Position numbers and translations under genes: made by a program. This document shows, one piece after another, positions 1 through 7,513 of a DNA stretch of 20,000 nucleotides. The notes beneath the pieces were generated by a model. The model did no database searches. It saw nothing but the letters and a program-made list of their open reading frames with translations, and was not told where the DNA came from. Numbering within the stretch: the first letter of the stretch is position 1; each line of letters starts with the position of its first letter. This stretch comes from an uncultured virus (IMG/VR IMGVR_UViG_3300037086_000332) (lineage: Duplodnaviria > Heunggongvirae > Uroviricota > Caudoviricetes): IMG/VR virus record IMGVR_UViG_3300037086_000332; one strand, given 5' to 3'.

Positions 1-387
1 GGTGACATGCACGGCTGGTCCGAAACCTCTAACAGGGAGTTCTTTTTTTCTAGAAGGTGGGACTCTATAAACAAGTGGATTGGTGGAGGCTGGATCAGCG
101 GACCTAGAAAAATATTAATAAAACATTTCGAGGAGCTTCTTAAAGCGACACATCTTTTTCCTGATGTTTTACAACACTTTTGCGTTGATGAGTGGCTCTT
201 TAATAGTTTTTTGCCAAGGGGGTTGAAGCTTTTAGATAGTTCTAAATACGATATAAATGATTTTATTCTTCGGCCTGAAGATGGGGTTGTTTGGTACCAT
301 GTGCTAACCCTCTGGAGAGATAAGTTTCCATACTACCATCCCGAGCACCGTCCAAAGATCTTGCCTCCAAGAAGGACATTTGCTTAA
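1..387 (+). CDS. 5'-truncated hypothetical protein, possibly C-terminal part of a glycosyltransferase-like protein
   Basis: Frame is open from base 1 (GGT GAC ATG...). WIGGGWISGP...VDEWLFN loosely resembles the GG-x-x-G...D(Q/E)xxxN segment of sugar transferases. Weak assignment. Confidence 0.4.
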   Translation, partial: GDMHGWSETSNREFFFSRRWDSINKWIGGGWISGPRKILIKHFEELLKATHLFPDVLQHFCVDEWLFNSFLPRGLKLLDSSKYDINDFILRPEDGVVWYHVLTLWRDKFPYYHPEHRPKILPPRRTFA

Positions 388-389
388 TG

Positions 390-776
390 CTAGTCGGCTT
401 CCAGCCAATCTAGAGCCTCTTGTATATCATTAAACGCTGCAACGGTTCGAGGCATGCCTACCAACTCTGCTTGGATCTCATACATCCTGCTGAGGCCATA
501 AGCCGCACTTGTACCATAAACCATCTCGCTTGAGGCTACTAGCGCTGTTCGCCCTTTTGAATAAGATGAAAGCTCTTTCGCTGTGTGTGCTATTAGTCGA
601 ATGTCCTCTAGTCCCATTTCTGCTGAAATTACTTCTCGTAGGTCCCAAATGATTTTGGAGGTAGTTGTTGGACCGTTAAAGTAGTTTATGATCCAATCTA
701 GTAATTCTTCTGTAGTAATATTTCCACTTGCTTTTATGGTTGTCAAGTCTTTATTTATTGTTGTTTTTATGCTCAT
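390..776 (-). CDS. STAS/SEC14 (SpoIIAA-like) domain protein
   Basis: 128 aa. The pattern TIKASGNITTEEL...IIWDLRE...RTALVAS...YGLSRMYE...AAFNDIQEALDWL is typical of bacterial SpoIIAA-like proteins. AAGATAA lies 7 nt upstream. Confidence 0.75.
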   Translation of the reverse strand: MSIKTTINKDLTTIKASGNITTEELLDWIINYFNGPTTTSKIIWDLREVISAEMGLEDIRLIAHTAKELSSYSKGRTALVASSEMVYGTSAAYGLSRMYEIQAELVGMPRTVAAFNDIQEALDWLEAD

Positions 777-783
777 GTTAAGA

Positions 784-790
784 TTATCTT
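784..790 (-). promoter_or_regulatory. AAGATAA putative phage promoter motif
   Basis: 7 nt upstream of ATG 776, no SD. One of 8 copies at transcription-unit heads. Confidence 0.6.
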
Positions 791-878
791 TATGTCATGA
801 GAGCCAGAGGATTTTTTTCCGAAAACATCAATTGATATTCCCTCTCTCTGGAAATGGACCTTGTGGTAAGAGAGGCTA

Positions 879-885
879 AAGATAA
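879..885 (+). promoter_or_regulatory. AAGATAA putative phage promoter motif
   Basis: 4 nt upstream of ATG 890, at the head of the 19-gene + strand array. Confidence 0.6.
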
Positions 886-889
886 CTTC

Positions 890-916
890 ATGCAGTATTG
901 GTATGGAACACAATGA
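890..916 (+). CDS. 8-aa leader mini-ORF (MQYWYGTQ)
   Basis: ATG 890 follows AAGATAA+4 nt. Its TGA (914-916) overlaps ATG 913 of the next gene (ATGA). Confidence 0.4.
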   Translation: MQYWYGTQ

Positions 917-1149
917 GTCATTGGTATGTAGAAAAAGAAGCAGATCTTGAATATCCTTTCTATGTCATAGAAACATATGGAGAGGAAAAGGGTCCTTACG
1001 TGCCTCTCACCATCTGCAGCTACATTTCCCTTATGATGTGGTTCTGGAGAGAAAGAGAGAAGTTGGACCTAGTGTTTGCAGAAAAATATATTCCAGAAGA
1101 TGCCGACTATCGAGCAGTAGTGAAAATATTGTTTGGGGAGAAGAGATGA
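913..1149 (+). CDS. small paralog-family protein (78 aa)
   Basis: Start MSHWY. C-terminus KYIPEDADYRAVVKILFGEKR. ATGA overlap with next gene. Confidence 0.8.
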   Translation: MSHWYVEKEADLEYPFYVIETYGEEKGPYVPLTICSYISLMMWFWREREKLDLVFAEKYIPEDADYRAVVKILFGEKR

Positions 1150-1394
1150 ACGTCGGATCTTGGTATAAATGTATTGTTAAAGACTCTGTCTTCATAGACG
1201 CTCATCTTTATGTTTTCGCAGATGGCGGTGGAGGAGAATATAATGTTGTGTGGTTGGATCGGCCTGACAACTTCAAGGCTCGACGCAGAATAGTTTATGG
1301 TGAGGATCTTCGCGACAGTCAATGGGAAAAATATATTCCTTCACAGAAGGAGCTTCATCTCGCTATAGCCATAGTTTTTGGAAAAGAGAGATAA
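1146..1394 (+). CDS. small paralog-family protein (82 aa)
   Basis: Start moved to ATGA-overlap ATG (MNVGSWY) with SD GGGGAG. C-terminus KYIPSQKELHLAIAIVFGKER. Confidence 0.85.
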   Translation: MNVGSWYKCIVKDSVFIDAHLYVFADGGGGEYNVVWLDRPDNFKARRRIVYGEDLRDSQWEKYIPSQKELHLAIAIVFGKER

Positions 1395-1672
1395 TGTTTA
1401 AACACTTCAGATGGCAACAGCTTGATACCCTATACACCAAACGTGATGGAGAGATTCAATGTATTTTTGGAAGAGTTGGAACTCGGGACGGTATTGCTAT
1501 GTATGATGGAGTAGTCATTCTTGCAAACAATAATGGCGCCCAGTTGCTCATCAATGAACCATTTTACATAAATAATGCCGACAAGAAGACTAAACACTAT
1601 CCAACCGAGCGTGATATGCAAATTGTAATGTGCACGTTCTGGGAAGAAGTAGCGTGGGACACGTGGGGATGA
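1394..1672 (+). CDS. small paralog-family protein (92 aa)
   Basis: TAATG overlap start MFKHFRW. C-terminus HYPTERDMQIVMCTFWEE. Confidence 0.75.
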   Translation: MFKHFRWQQLDTLYTKRDGEIQCIFGRVGTRDGIAMYDGVVILANNNGAQLLINEPFYINNADKKTKHYPTERDMQIVMCTFWEEVAWDTWG

Positions 1673-1920
1673 AACTAGGAACTTGGTTGCTAAATATAAA
1701 CCATGACTCACCACTTTGGATGGAACGGATTTATATCATTGCCAAAGGTGAGAGAAACATGTTTGGTGAACAATTGTATGAAATAGTTGAGTTTGGAGAT
1801 GGGTGGAACAGATATAATTTGAGCCGAAGTTTAGGTAGATTGAAAGAATGGAAAAAATGGGAGCCGTCTGAGACCGATCTTCAAGGTGCTGTAAAAACAT
1901 TGTTTGGAGAAAGCTATTGA
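1669..1920 (+). CDS. small paralog-family protein (83 aa)
   Basis: ATGA start MKLGTW. C-terminus KWEPSETDLQGAVKTLFGESY. Confidence 0.85.
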   Translation: MKLGTWLLNINHDSPLWMERIYIIAKGERNMFGEQLYEIVEFGDGWNRYNLSRSLGRLKEWKKWEPSETDLQGAVKTLFGESY

Positions 1921-2174
1921 ATCACGAAGGAACATGGATTTCTACTAACAGCATGGCCTACTATCTCATTCATTATCTGGGCCTTACTGGTGGTCAGAGA
2001 CCATTTTACAGCTGTATCAAGCTTGGATTCATGAAAATGAAGAGTGATGACCACGACGAGCGTGCTGATACACACAGTAGTGGATGGATCTTCTCTGATA
2101 AAATAGAAAACTACGACAAATACGATCCTGATGAGAACGATCTACATCGATCAATCAAGGCGGTGTTTGCATGA
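1917..2174 (+). CDS. small paralog-family protein (85 aa)
   Basis: TTG start overlapping upstream TGA with GGAG SD. MNHEGTW...KYDPDENDLHRSIKAVFA. Confidence 0.8.
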   Translation: MNHEGTWISTNSMAYYLIHYLGLTGGQRPFYSCIKLGFMKMKSDDHDERADTHSSGWIFSDKIENYDKYDPDENDLHRSIKAVFA

Positions 2175-2413
2175 TGAAACCATATCGATACTACAGCAGC
2201 CCACACGTCACTGAGAAAGTCTATCTGATGGACGTGTATGCCGTCACTCCTGCTGGCGGGAAATATTGGAACTACATGGATGTAACTGATGAGGGTGCAT
2301 CATTGGTAAGCGGGCCATTAGTATTGCAAGAAGATTGGACTATTCAGAAGATTTCTCGAGAAATAAAGAAAGAATTGATACGTGCTTGGTTTAAGGGCAT
2401 GGAGAAAAAATGA
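2171..2413 (+). CDS. small paralog-family protein, divergent (80 aa)
   Basis: ATGA overlap. C-terminal helix KKELIRAWFKG. Confidence 0.75.
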   Translation: MMKPYRYYSSPHVTEKVYLMDVYAVTPAGGKYWNYMDVTDEGASLVSGPLVLQEDWTIQKISREIKKELIRAWFKGMEKK

Positions 2414-2442
2414 GCAGGGGTAGTACGGGACACATAGAATGA
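2410..2442 (+). CDS. 10-aa bridging mini-ORF (MSRGSTGHIE)
   Basis: ATG 2410 overlaps upstream TGA, and its TGA 2440-2442 overlaps downstream ATG 2439. Confidence 0.4.
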   Translation: MSRGSTGHIE

Positions 2443-2708
2443 AAAATAGAGTGGGAAATTGGTGGCAAAACAACAATGATAACTCTCAATATGAAGGAGA
2501 ATATGTCTACGTGTTGGCATTTAGACCTGAGAAATCAAAGCCTCATGATATGAGGTGGGATGTGATTTGGTTCAGTGAGCTAGATTCCTCAAAAACTCAA
2601 ATGTTTTCAGCAGTGGATCTCACATTTGTTAAATGGACAGCCTACAGTCCTACAACTGATGATCTTCATGATGCCGTACTATGCCTTTTTAGAGACAAAA
2701 AGAAATGA
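2439..2708 (+). CDS. small paralog-family protein (89 aa)
   Basis: MKNRVGNWW...YVYVL...AYSPTTDDLHDAVLCLFRD. Confidence 0.85.
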   Translation: MKNRVGNWWQNNNDNSQYEGEYVYVLAFRPEKSKPHDMRWDVIWFSELDSSKTQMFSAVDLTFVKWTAYSPTTDDLHDAVLCLFRDKKK

Positions 2709-2971
2709 AACACGACTTTCAGCTCGCTAGTATAGGACATTGGTTTTTTACTCCAAAGTATATTGGACCACCTCGACACGTATACGTAGTTGATTATGAA
2801 TTCGATCAACACAGTGGAATGCATCACTTTACTCTCATTGAGTTTTACTCTGAACATGACATCAGCTTTGGAACCAATAGTGTTGGTCCAGACGAGGATT
2901 GGACAAAATATGAGCCTACAGAACTTGACTATAGAATAGCCATCAAGAAAATATGTGAGGACATAAGATGA
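2705..2971 (+). CDS. small paralog-family protein (88 aa)
   Basis: IGHWF...HVYVV...DWTKYEPTELDYRIAIKKICED. ATGA overlaps. Confidence 0.85.
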   Translation: MKHDFQLASIGHWFFTPKYIGPPRHVYVVDYEFDQHSGMHHFTLIEFYSEHDISFGTNSVGPDEDWTKYEPTELDYRIAIKKICEDIR

Positions 2972-3210
2972 CACCAAGACAGGCAATGAAAAAGAGAGTA
3001 TGGCTCTATAAAGATGGATGGTACGACTTCTTAGATAGGATCGAAAATGGAAATGCCATCACTTGGCGCTATATGGAAAAAGACCATAACTTTAGAGTAT
3101 TCGAAAATTGGGACGCTAATGATGATCTCTTAGACTATGATGGCTGTGTCGAGAAGAAGCCACCAGAACAACGCAAAGTAATAGAAGCTCTCTTTGAGAG
3201 ACTGAGATGA
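2968..3210 (+). CDS. small paralog-family protein, divergent (80 aa)
   Basis: ATGA overlaps. C-terminus QRKVIEALFERLR. Confidence 0.8.
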   Translation: MTPRQAMKKRVWLYKDGWYDFLDRIENGNAITWRYMEKDHNFRVFENWDANDDLLDYDGCVEKKPPEQRKVIEALFERLR

Positions 3211-3452
3211 TAAAACCAAAAGATCGAATTGGACATTGGTTCAGAAATGATGGAGCATATCATCCCATTCATGCTTATGTCGTAAAGTACTTAGGCATGG
3301 ATGCCAATATTCATCTTTTTGATGCCATCGAATTTGATGAAGATAATCATGATGTGGTATTACGACATGAAATCACTGGGGCCGACGGCTGGGTTCCATA
3401 TAAACCAGGAAACACAGATCTTCAAGAGGCAGTAATGGCGGTATTCGAATGA
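3207..3452 (+). CDS. small paralog-family protein (81 aa)
   Basis: RIGHWF...HAYVV...WVPYKPGNTDLQEAVMAVFE. Confidence 0.85.
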   Translation: MIKPKDRIGHWFRNDGAYHPIHAYVVKYLGMDANIHLFDAIEFDEDNHDVVLRHEITGADGWVPYKPGNTDLQEAVMAVFE

Positions 3453-3685
3453 GGCCAACTACTTGGGAAGGAAAATGGTTCAATAGTTCTAGTCTGTGGT
3501 ATTGCTATATAATTAGCTTTAAGCGCAAAAAGATGGAAGGCTATGTCTTTGATCTAGTGGCCTCTGAAAGCAAAGGAAGTGCCTACTATCATGATGAATG
3601 GGCTTTTACTGACCTTTCCAGTTTGAGACCATACCAGCCCGCCAAGCGACAAAAACATATGGTCGTCAAGGCGGTGTTTGAATGA
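3449..3685 (+). CDS. small paralog-family protein (78 aa)
   Basis: WEGKWF...YCYII...PYQPAKRQKHMVVKAVFE. Confidence 0.85.
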   Translation: MRPTTWEGKWFNSSSLWYCYIISFKRKKMEGYVFDLVASESKGSAYYHDEWAFTDLSSLRPYQPAKRQKHMVVKAVFE

Positions 3686-3936
3686 ATCGATATGCTGTGT
3701 GGGTGGGACAGGGACCAGAGACGGGGAATTGGGCTATTGACCTTGTAGAAGTAGATAAGAACTTTAAGTTTCTTGAGTTTAAAGGTATTTTTGTACAAGA
3801 GATCATGAAAGGTGGTCCAAATCCAGGCGCTCTCAAAAAAGGAGCTCAAGTCACGTGGGACAACTACAACAACGTGCTAGAAACAATAGAAGAAGCATGC
3901 CAAGAAGTGGTGAGACGGCTGTGGACACCACTCTGA
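3682..3936 (+). CDS. small hypothetical protein, tandem paralog of 3956..4204
   Basis: 39 of 82 positions identical to the next ORF in an ungapped hand alignment. Confidence 0.85.
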   Translation: MNRYAVWVGQGPETGNWAIDLVEVDKNFKFLEFKGIFVQEIMKGGPNPGALKKGAQVTWDNYNNVLETIEEACQEVVRRLWTPL

Positions 3937-3959
3937 TGTTTAAAAGGATCAGATCATGA
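3936..3959 (+). CDS. 7-aa bridging mini-ORF (MFKRIRS)
   Basis: TGATG overlap at 3934-3938, and TGA 3957-3959 overlaps ATG 3956. Confidence 0.35.
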   Translation: MFKRIRS

Positions 3960-4204
3960 AACGATATGGCATATGGGTTGGAAGAGAAAAAGAATATGGT
4001 AGTTGGGTCATTGACCAACTAGAAGTGCCAAAATATCATACCTCATTCAACTTTAAAGGCAAATTTGTTTCAGAATTCATGGGTGGTGGTTCTGCCCCCA
4101 CCATTTTCAAGAAAGGAAAGGAAGTAGATTGGGAGAACTACCATAATTTAGTTGATTCACTTGAGGAAGCTTATAAAGAAGTAATAAGGCAGTTATACCG
4201 ATGA
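3956..4204 (+). CDS. small hypothetical protein, tandem paralog of 3682..3936
   Basis: MKRYGIWVG...LEEAYKEVIRQLYR. AAGGA SD upstream. Confidence 0.85.
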   Translation: MKRYGIWVGREKEYGSWVIDQLEVPKYHTSFNFKGKFVSEFMGGGSAPTIFKKGKEVDWENYHNLVDSLEEAYKEVIRQLYR

Positions 4205-4512
4205 ACAAGTACACTAAAGAAGCTAAAAAAATAGTAGGTAATTGGTATGTACAAAACAACGGTCCTTATGATAAGGGACTCACGATACAGAAGCCATTGC
4301 GAGTTTACGACTATGAAGGTGAGACAAAATCCACAAATGAAAAGATTACCATTGAAGATAGATACTTTCAGTTCTTCATCGAAAAGAACGATCTTGTTTA
4401 TCACGACAGTGGCGAAATGCACTACGTCTACAACAATCTTGCCAAACCAAACCATTTTAGGCGCGTCATCAAACTGCTTTTCAAATGCGAAGAATTTGAG
4501 GTGGATCTATGA
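4201..4512 (+). CDS. small paralog-family protein (103 aa)
   Basis: KIVGNWYV...PNHFRRVIKLLF. ATGA overlaps. Confidence 0.8.
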   Translation: MNKYTKEAKKIVGNWYVQNNGPYDKGLTIQKPLRVYDYEGETKSTNEKITIEDRYFQFFIEKNDLVYHDSGEMHYVYNNLAKPNHFRRVIKLLFKCEEFEVDL

Positions 4513-4763
4513 ATTGGAAGGGAATGGAAGGACAGTGGTGGAACAACATCAGTGTCGACATGAGGCATCCTCATTGCTATCTCATTCGTTTTCTTAGAGA
4601 ACAAGGAGATGGCAAGGCTTCATTTGAAATGTTGGCCTATATTCCTCAACTCGGAATGACCTATCTTTCCTCTGAAAGTATCGCAAATTTGAAAAACTAC
4701 AAGCACTATGTTCCAATGAATATAGATCTTCGAAGTGGAATCAGAACGGTGTTTGGAGAATAG
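4509..4763 (+). CDS. small paralog-family protein (84 aa)
   Basis: WKGMEGQWW...CYLIRFL...HYVPMNIDLRSGIRTVFGE. Confidence 0.85.
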   Translation: MNWKGMEGQWWNNISVDMRHPHCYLIRFLREQGDGKASFEMLAYIPQLGMTYLSSESIANLKNYKHYVPMNIDLRSGIRTVFGE

Positions 4764-4764
4764 A

Positions 4765-5034
4765 ATGGCGACATGGCATGATTACGAAAGACAGTGGTTA
4801 ATCCCAAAGAAAGATAAACACACTGGTCGGGATGATTTTCGTCTTTATATTGTATTCGCTCAAGGACCACGAATGGATACAATTTTTGTATTTGACAGGG
4901 GTCCAGCTTCTTATCTCACACAAGAGAAGAGAGGCAGTGAGGACACGATCAACAGCTATGAAGCATATCAACCAAAAGCTGAAGACTATCGTAAAGCAGT
5001 TGAAGCAGTGTTTGGTGAATGGATGAAGCGATGA
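4765..5034 (+). CDS. small paralog-family protein (89 aa)
   Basis: Start moved to ATG 4765 (TAG-A-ATG, GGAG SD). WHDYERQWL...AYQPKAEDYRKAVEAVFGE. Confidence 0.85.
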   Translation: MATWHDYERQWLIPKKDKHTGRDDFRLYIVFAQGPRMDTIFVFDRGPASYLTQEKRGSEDTINSYEAYQPKAEDYRKAVEAVFGEWMKR

Positions 5035-5303
5035 TCTTTATTGGAACGAACAATTGGTATTCTACCTATTATGGCAGTAGAGATGAAACAAAGCGGCAGC
5101 TTATTTATGTTGTGAAACTTCATAGAACGCGAACGAAAGACTCTGCCATGGTCGTTTGGTATCAGCCAGAACATAGTTGGACTTTCTTTGAAGAAGTTCC
5201 GGTTCCCAATTGGGATTGGGAGAAATATGAGCCTACAGAAAGAGACTGGCAAGTGGTACTTGTTTCGATATTTCAGCATTGGGGTAAGATAGATGACACC
5301 TAA
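5031..5303 (+). CDS. small paralog-family protein (90 aa)
   Basis: ATGA start. LIYVV...DWEKYEPTERDWQVVLVSIFQH. Confidence 0.8.
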   Translation: MIFIGTNNWYSTYYGSRDETKRQLIYVVKLHRTRTKDSAMVVWYQPEHSWTFFEEVPVPNWDWEKYEPTERDWQVVLVSIFQHWGKIDDT

Positions 5304-5571
5304 AGAAAGAGAAGGGCATTGGTATATCAACAATGATCCACAAAACTATTCTACATACAACACCTATGCATATCTCATCAATCATGTTGGGAGTGGACAT
5401 GCTTTAGAATTTTATGAATTGGTTTATTTTGATGTGGCCGTAAGCCCACACAAGATTCATTTTCATGAGAAAGAGGGATTGGGTGAAATGAGAAATTGGA
5501 TAGAGTATGAACCTCTTAAACGAGATCTTCGAGTTGTGGTTCATGCCGTCTTTGGGAATACAAATGGCTGA
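5293..5571 (+). CDS. small paralog-family protein (92 aa)
   Basis: REGHWYI...YAYLI...WIEYEPLKRDLRVVVHAVFGN. Confidence 0.85.
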   Translation: MTPKEREGHWYINNDPQNYSTYNTYAYLINHVGSGHALEFYELVYFDVAVSPHKIHFHEKEGLGEMRNWIEYEPLKRDLRVVVHAVFGNTNG

Positions 5572-5857
5572 TTTCACATGGACTTCCATGGAAGGCCAAT
5601 GGTTGAGAGGTGAAACCAGTCCAACATGGTCTTCTGCCATTAAACATGTTTCTCATATTTACATTGTTCGATTTATCTCAGAGAGAAATGGTACCCAAGG
5701 TCTTCGACCAACTGTTTCAATGATTCATATGGTGATGGGTGGCAGAAAGCAGTATGTTGATAACATGGAGATTGGTAGTATTGGAAACTACAAGGCATAT
5801 GAACCAGACAGAGGTGATCTTCACATGGCCATCAAATCAATCTTTGATGTTCGTTGA
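5564..5857 (+). CDS. small paralog-family protein (97 aa)
   Basis: Start moved to ATG 5564. WTSMEGQWL...IYIVRFI...YKAYEPDRGDLHMAIKSIFD. Confidence 0.85.
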   Translation: MADFTWTSMEGQWLRGETSPTWSSAIKHVSHIYIVRFISERNGTQGLRPTVSMIHMVMGGRKQYVDNMEIGSIGNYKAYEPDRGDLHMAIKSIFDVR

Positions 5858-6084
5858 TCGCTTGGAAGTCCAGCCTTTCTAGCACATGTTGAACACATAC
5901 CATGAGACACCAGCCCACCCTCAGCGTCTCCTTTTGAGATAGTTCGCCCACACCACGCACAAACGGTCTTTACGGCCTCAAACAGATGCTCTCTCAAATC
6001 CTGTTTCTTAGCCTCTCTAATAAGACGAGTTATTCGTTTGGTGGTAATAGAGATGCGCTCTTCCAATAGTTCCTGCTTTGTCAT
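5821..6084 (-). CDS. small CxxC...CxxC zinc-finger protein
   Basis: CAWC...SHGMCSTC. SD GGAAGG and AAGATAA upstream. Confidence 0.7.
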   Translation of the reverse strand: MTKQELLEERISITTKRITRLIREAKKQDLREHLFEAVKTVCAWCGRTISKGDAEGGLVSHGMCSTCARKAGLPSDQRTSKIDLMAM

Positions 6085-6111
6085 GATGCTTTCCTTCCAA
6101 ATGGTATAATA

Positions 6112-6118
6112 TTATCTT
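6112..6118 (-). promoter_or_regulatory. AAGATAA putative phage promoter motif
   Basis: 27 nt upstream of ATG 6084, with an SD in between. Confidence 0.55.
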
Positions 6119-6179
6119 AAAACTCCAGTTTTATAGATGCAAAAAAATGATGAGAGAGCCATGTCTGTCGGTTCGTTGT

Positions 6180-6186
6180 AAGATAA
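6180..6186 (+). promoter_or_regulatory. AAGATAA putative phage promoter motif
   Basis: TAAGATAA-taat-ATG 6191, no SD. Confidence 0.6.
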
Positions 6187-6190
6187 TAAT

Positions 6191-6457
6191 ATGAAATCAA
6201 TTACGATAGGAGATTGGTTTGTTCCAAGTATTCCTGGTGCCCTAATCCTTGAATACATAGTCAAAGTTGGAACTATCAAAATTGAATATATCTCCTATCA
6301 TTTTAGTTTTCATTCATCCTCTCTTTCTCGTGGAACTAAGAAAGAAAAGTTGATCGTTTATCAATCAGCAATGCAGATGGGTGGAAGAAAACACGCTGGA
6401 AAGAGAGATTTTGAAAGAATGATACAGTGTATTTTCAGTGCCAAAGAAATAGAATAG
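6191..6457 (+). CDS. small paralog-family protein (88 aa)
   Basis: ITIGDWFV...KRDFERMIQCIFS. Confidence 0.8.
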   Translation: MKSITIGDWFVPSIPGALILEYIVKVGTIKIEYISYHFSFHSSSLSRGTKKEKLIVYQSAMQMGGRKHAGKRDFERMIQCIFSAKEIE

Positions 6458-6468
6458 TGAGGCAAAAT

Positions 6469-6906
6469 ATGACCAAAGATTTAGGAAGTATGTTTGAGGC
6501 TAAAGACTCAAAAAAGAAAGAGCCACAAAAGGCGTACAGTGGAGACATTGAGAAACAAACACTCAATAACACAAACTTCAGAGAGGTGCTGTTCACTGGA
6601 GAACATGCTCAACTTGTTGTCATGTCTTTAAAGAAAGACGAAGAGATTGGAGATGAAGTTCATCAACACGTCGATCAATTCTTTAGAATTGAAAGGGGCA
6701 AAGCAAAGTTTGTCCTGAATGAGAAGGAGATACATGTCGTTGGCAATGGAGAGGCCGTGGTTATTCCTGCTGGAACCTATCACAACGTAATCAACGTTGG
6801 TGATGGACAACTTAAACTCTACACCGTCTATTCTCCTCCTAACCATCCTCCCAATACAATTCACAAAACGAAAGCTGATGCTGAGAAAGCTGAAAAGAAG
6901 AAATAA
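6469..6906 (+). CDS. cupin-domain protein (Cupin_2 / mannose-6-phosphate isomerase-like)
   Basis: Both cupin motifs are visible: IGDEVHQHVDQFFRIERG and GEAVVIPAGTYHNVIN, followed by LKLYTVYSPPNHP. SD GAGG before ATG 6469 (in-frame GTG 6457 is an alternative start). Confidence 0.9.
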   Translation: MTKDLGSMFEAKDSKKKEPQKAYSGDIEKQTLNNTNFREVLFTGEHAQLVVMSLKKDEEIGDEVHQHVDQFFRIERGKAKFVLNEKEIHVVGNGEAVVIPAGTYHNVINVGDGQLKLYTVYSPPNHPPNTIHKTKADAEKAEKKK

Positions 6907-7205
6907 TGGAAGTCTCCAATGCGTGGGAAGCACCCAATAAAACAGCCGGAAGTTGGCTCTATTGTGGCACTCGCTATCTCAAACGAGGAGAACAACACGC
7001 ATGGTATGGAGAGTATCGCAGAATAAAAAAGATTTACACTTTCAAAGGACAACAGAGAGTCCAATACAATTCATTTTGGGTTTGTGATAACTACTGTTTT
7101 CATGATAGCGGAAACCTTCCTTTCGATGAATTCAGAGGACGAGCTGTTATAGATAAAGATATTCGAACAGAAATAGAAAACATCTTTACATTGGGTGGCA
7201 AATGA
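6906..7205 (+). CDS. small paralog-family protein, divergent (99 aa)
   Basis: TAATG overlap. AGSWLY...DIRTEIENIFT. Confidence 0.7.
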   Translation: MEVSNAWEAPNKTAGSWLYCGTRYLKRGEQHAWYGEYRRIKKIYTFKGQQRVQYNSFWVCDNYCFHDSGNLPFDEFRGRAVIDKDIRTEIENIFTLGGK

Positions 7206-7513
7206 AATCTTTTGTAAAAAGAACGAAGAGAATAAAACAAGAAGGTATGCCAAAGGTTGGACAGTGGTATGTTCAATGGGAAGATACTTGGAAAAATTTA
7301 TTTTACGTCCTTAGAACTGAGAATGACCTTGCAAACTACGTGACTGCTAAAGGTTTCATTATGAGTTATTCCAATAGAACTTCTACTTGGCACGAAAAAA
7401 TTACGATCTCCATGACCGGATGGCACAGTGGCACGCTCGAATACGCTGATATAAACAATTTTGTTGACGCAATCAAGTACTTGTTTGAAACTGTTTACGA
7501 GGATCCATCGTGA
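7202..7513 (+). CDS. small paralog-family protein (103 aa)
   Basis: PKVGQWYV...LFYVL...NNFVDAIKYLFE. Confidence 0.8.
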   Translation: MKSFVKRTKRIKQEGMPKVGQWYVQWEDTWKNLFYVLRTENDLANYVTAKGFIMSYSNRTSTWHEKITISMTGWHSGTLEYADINNFVDAIKYLFETVYEDPS

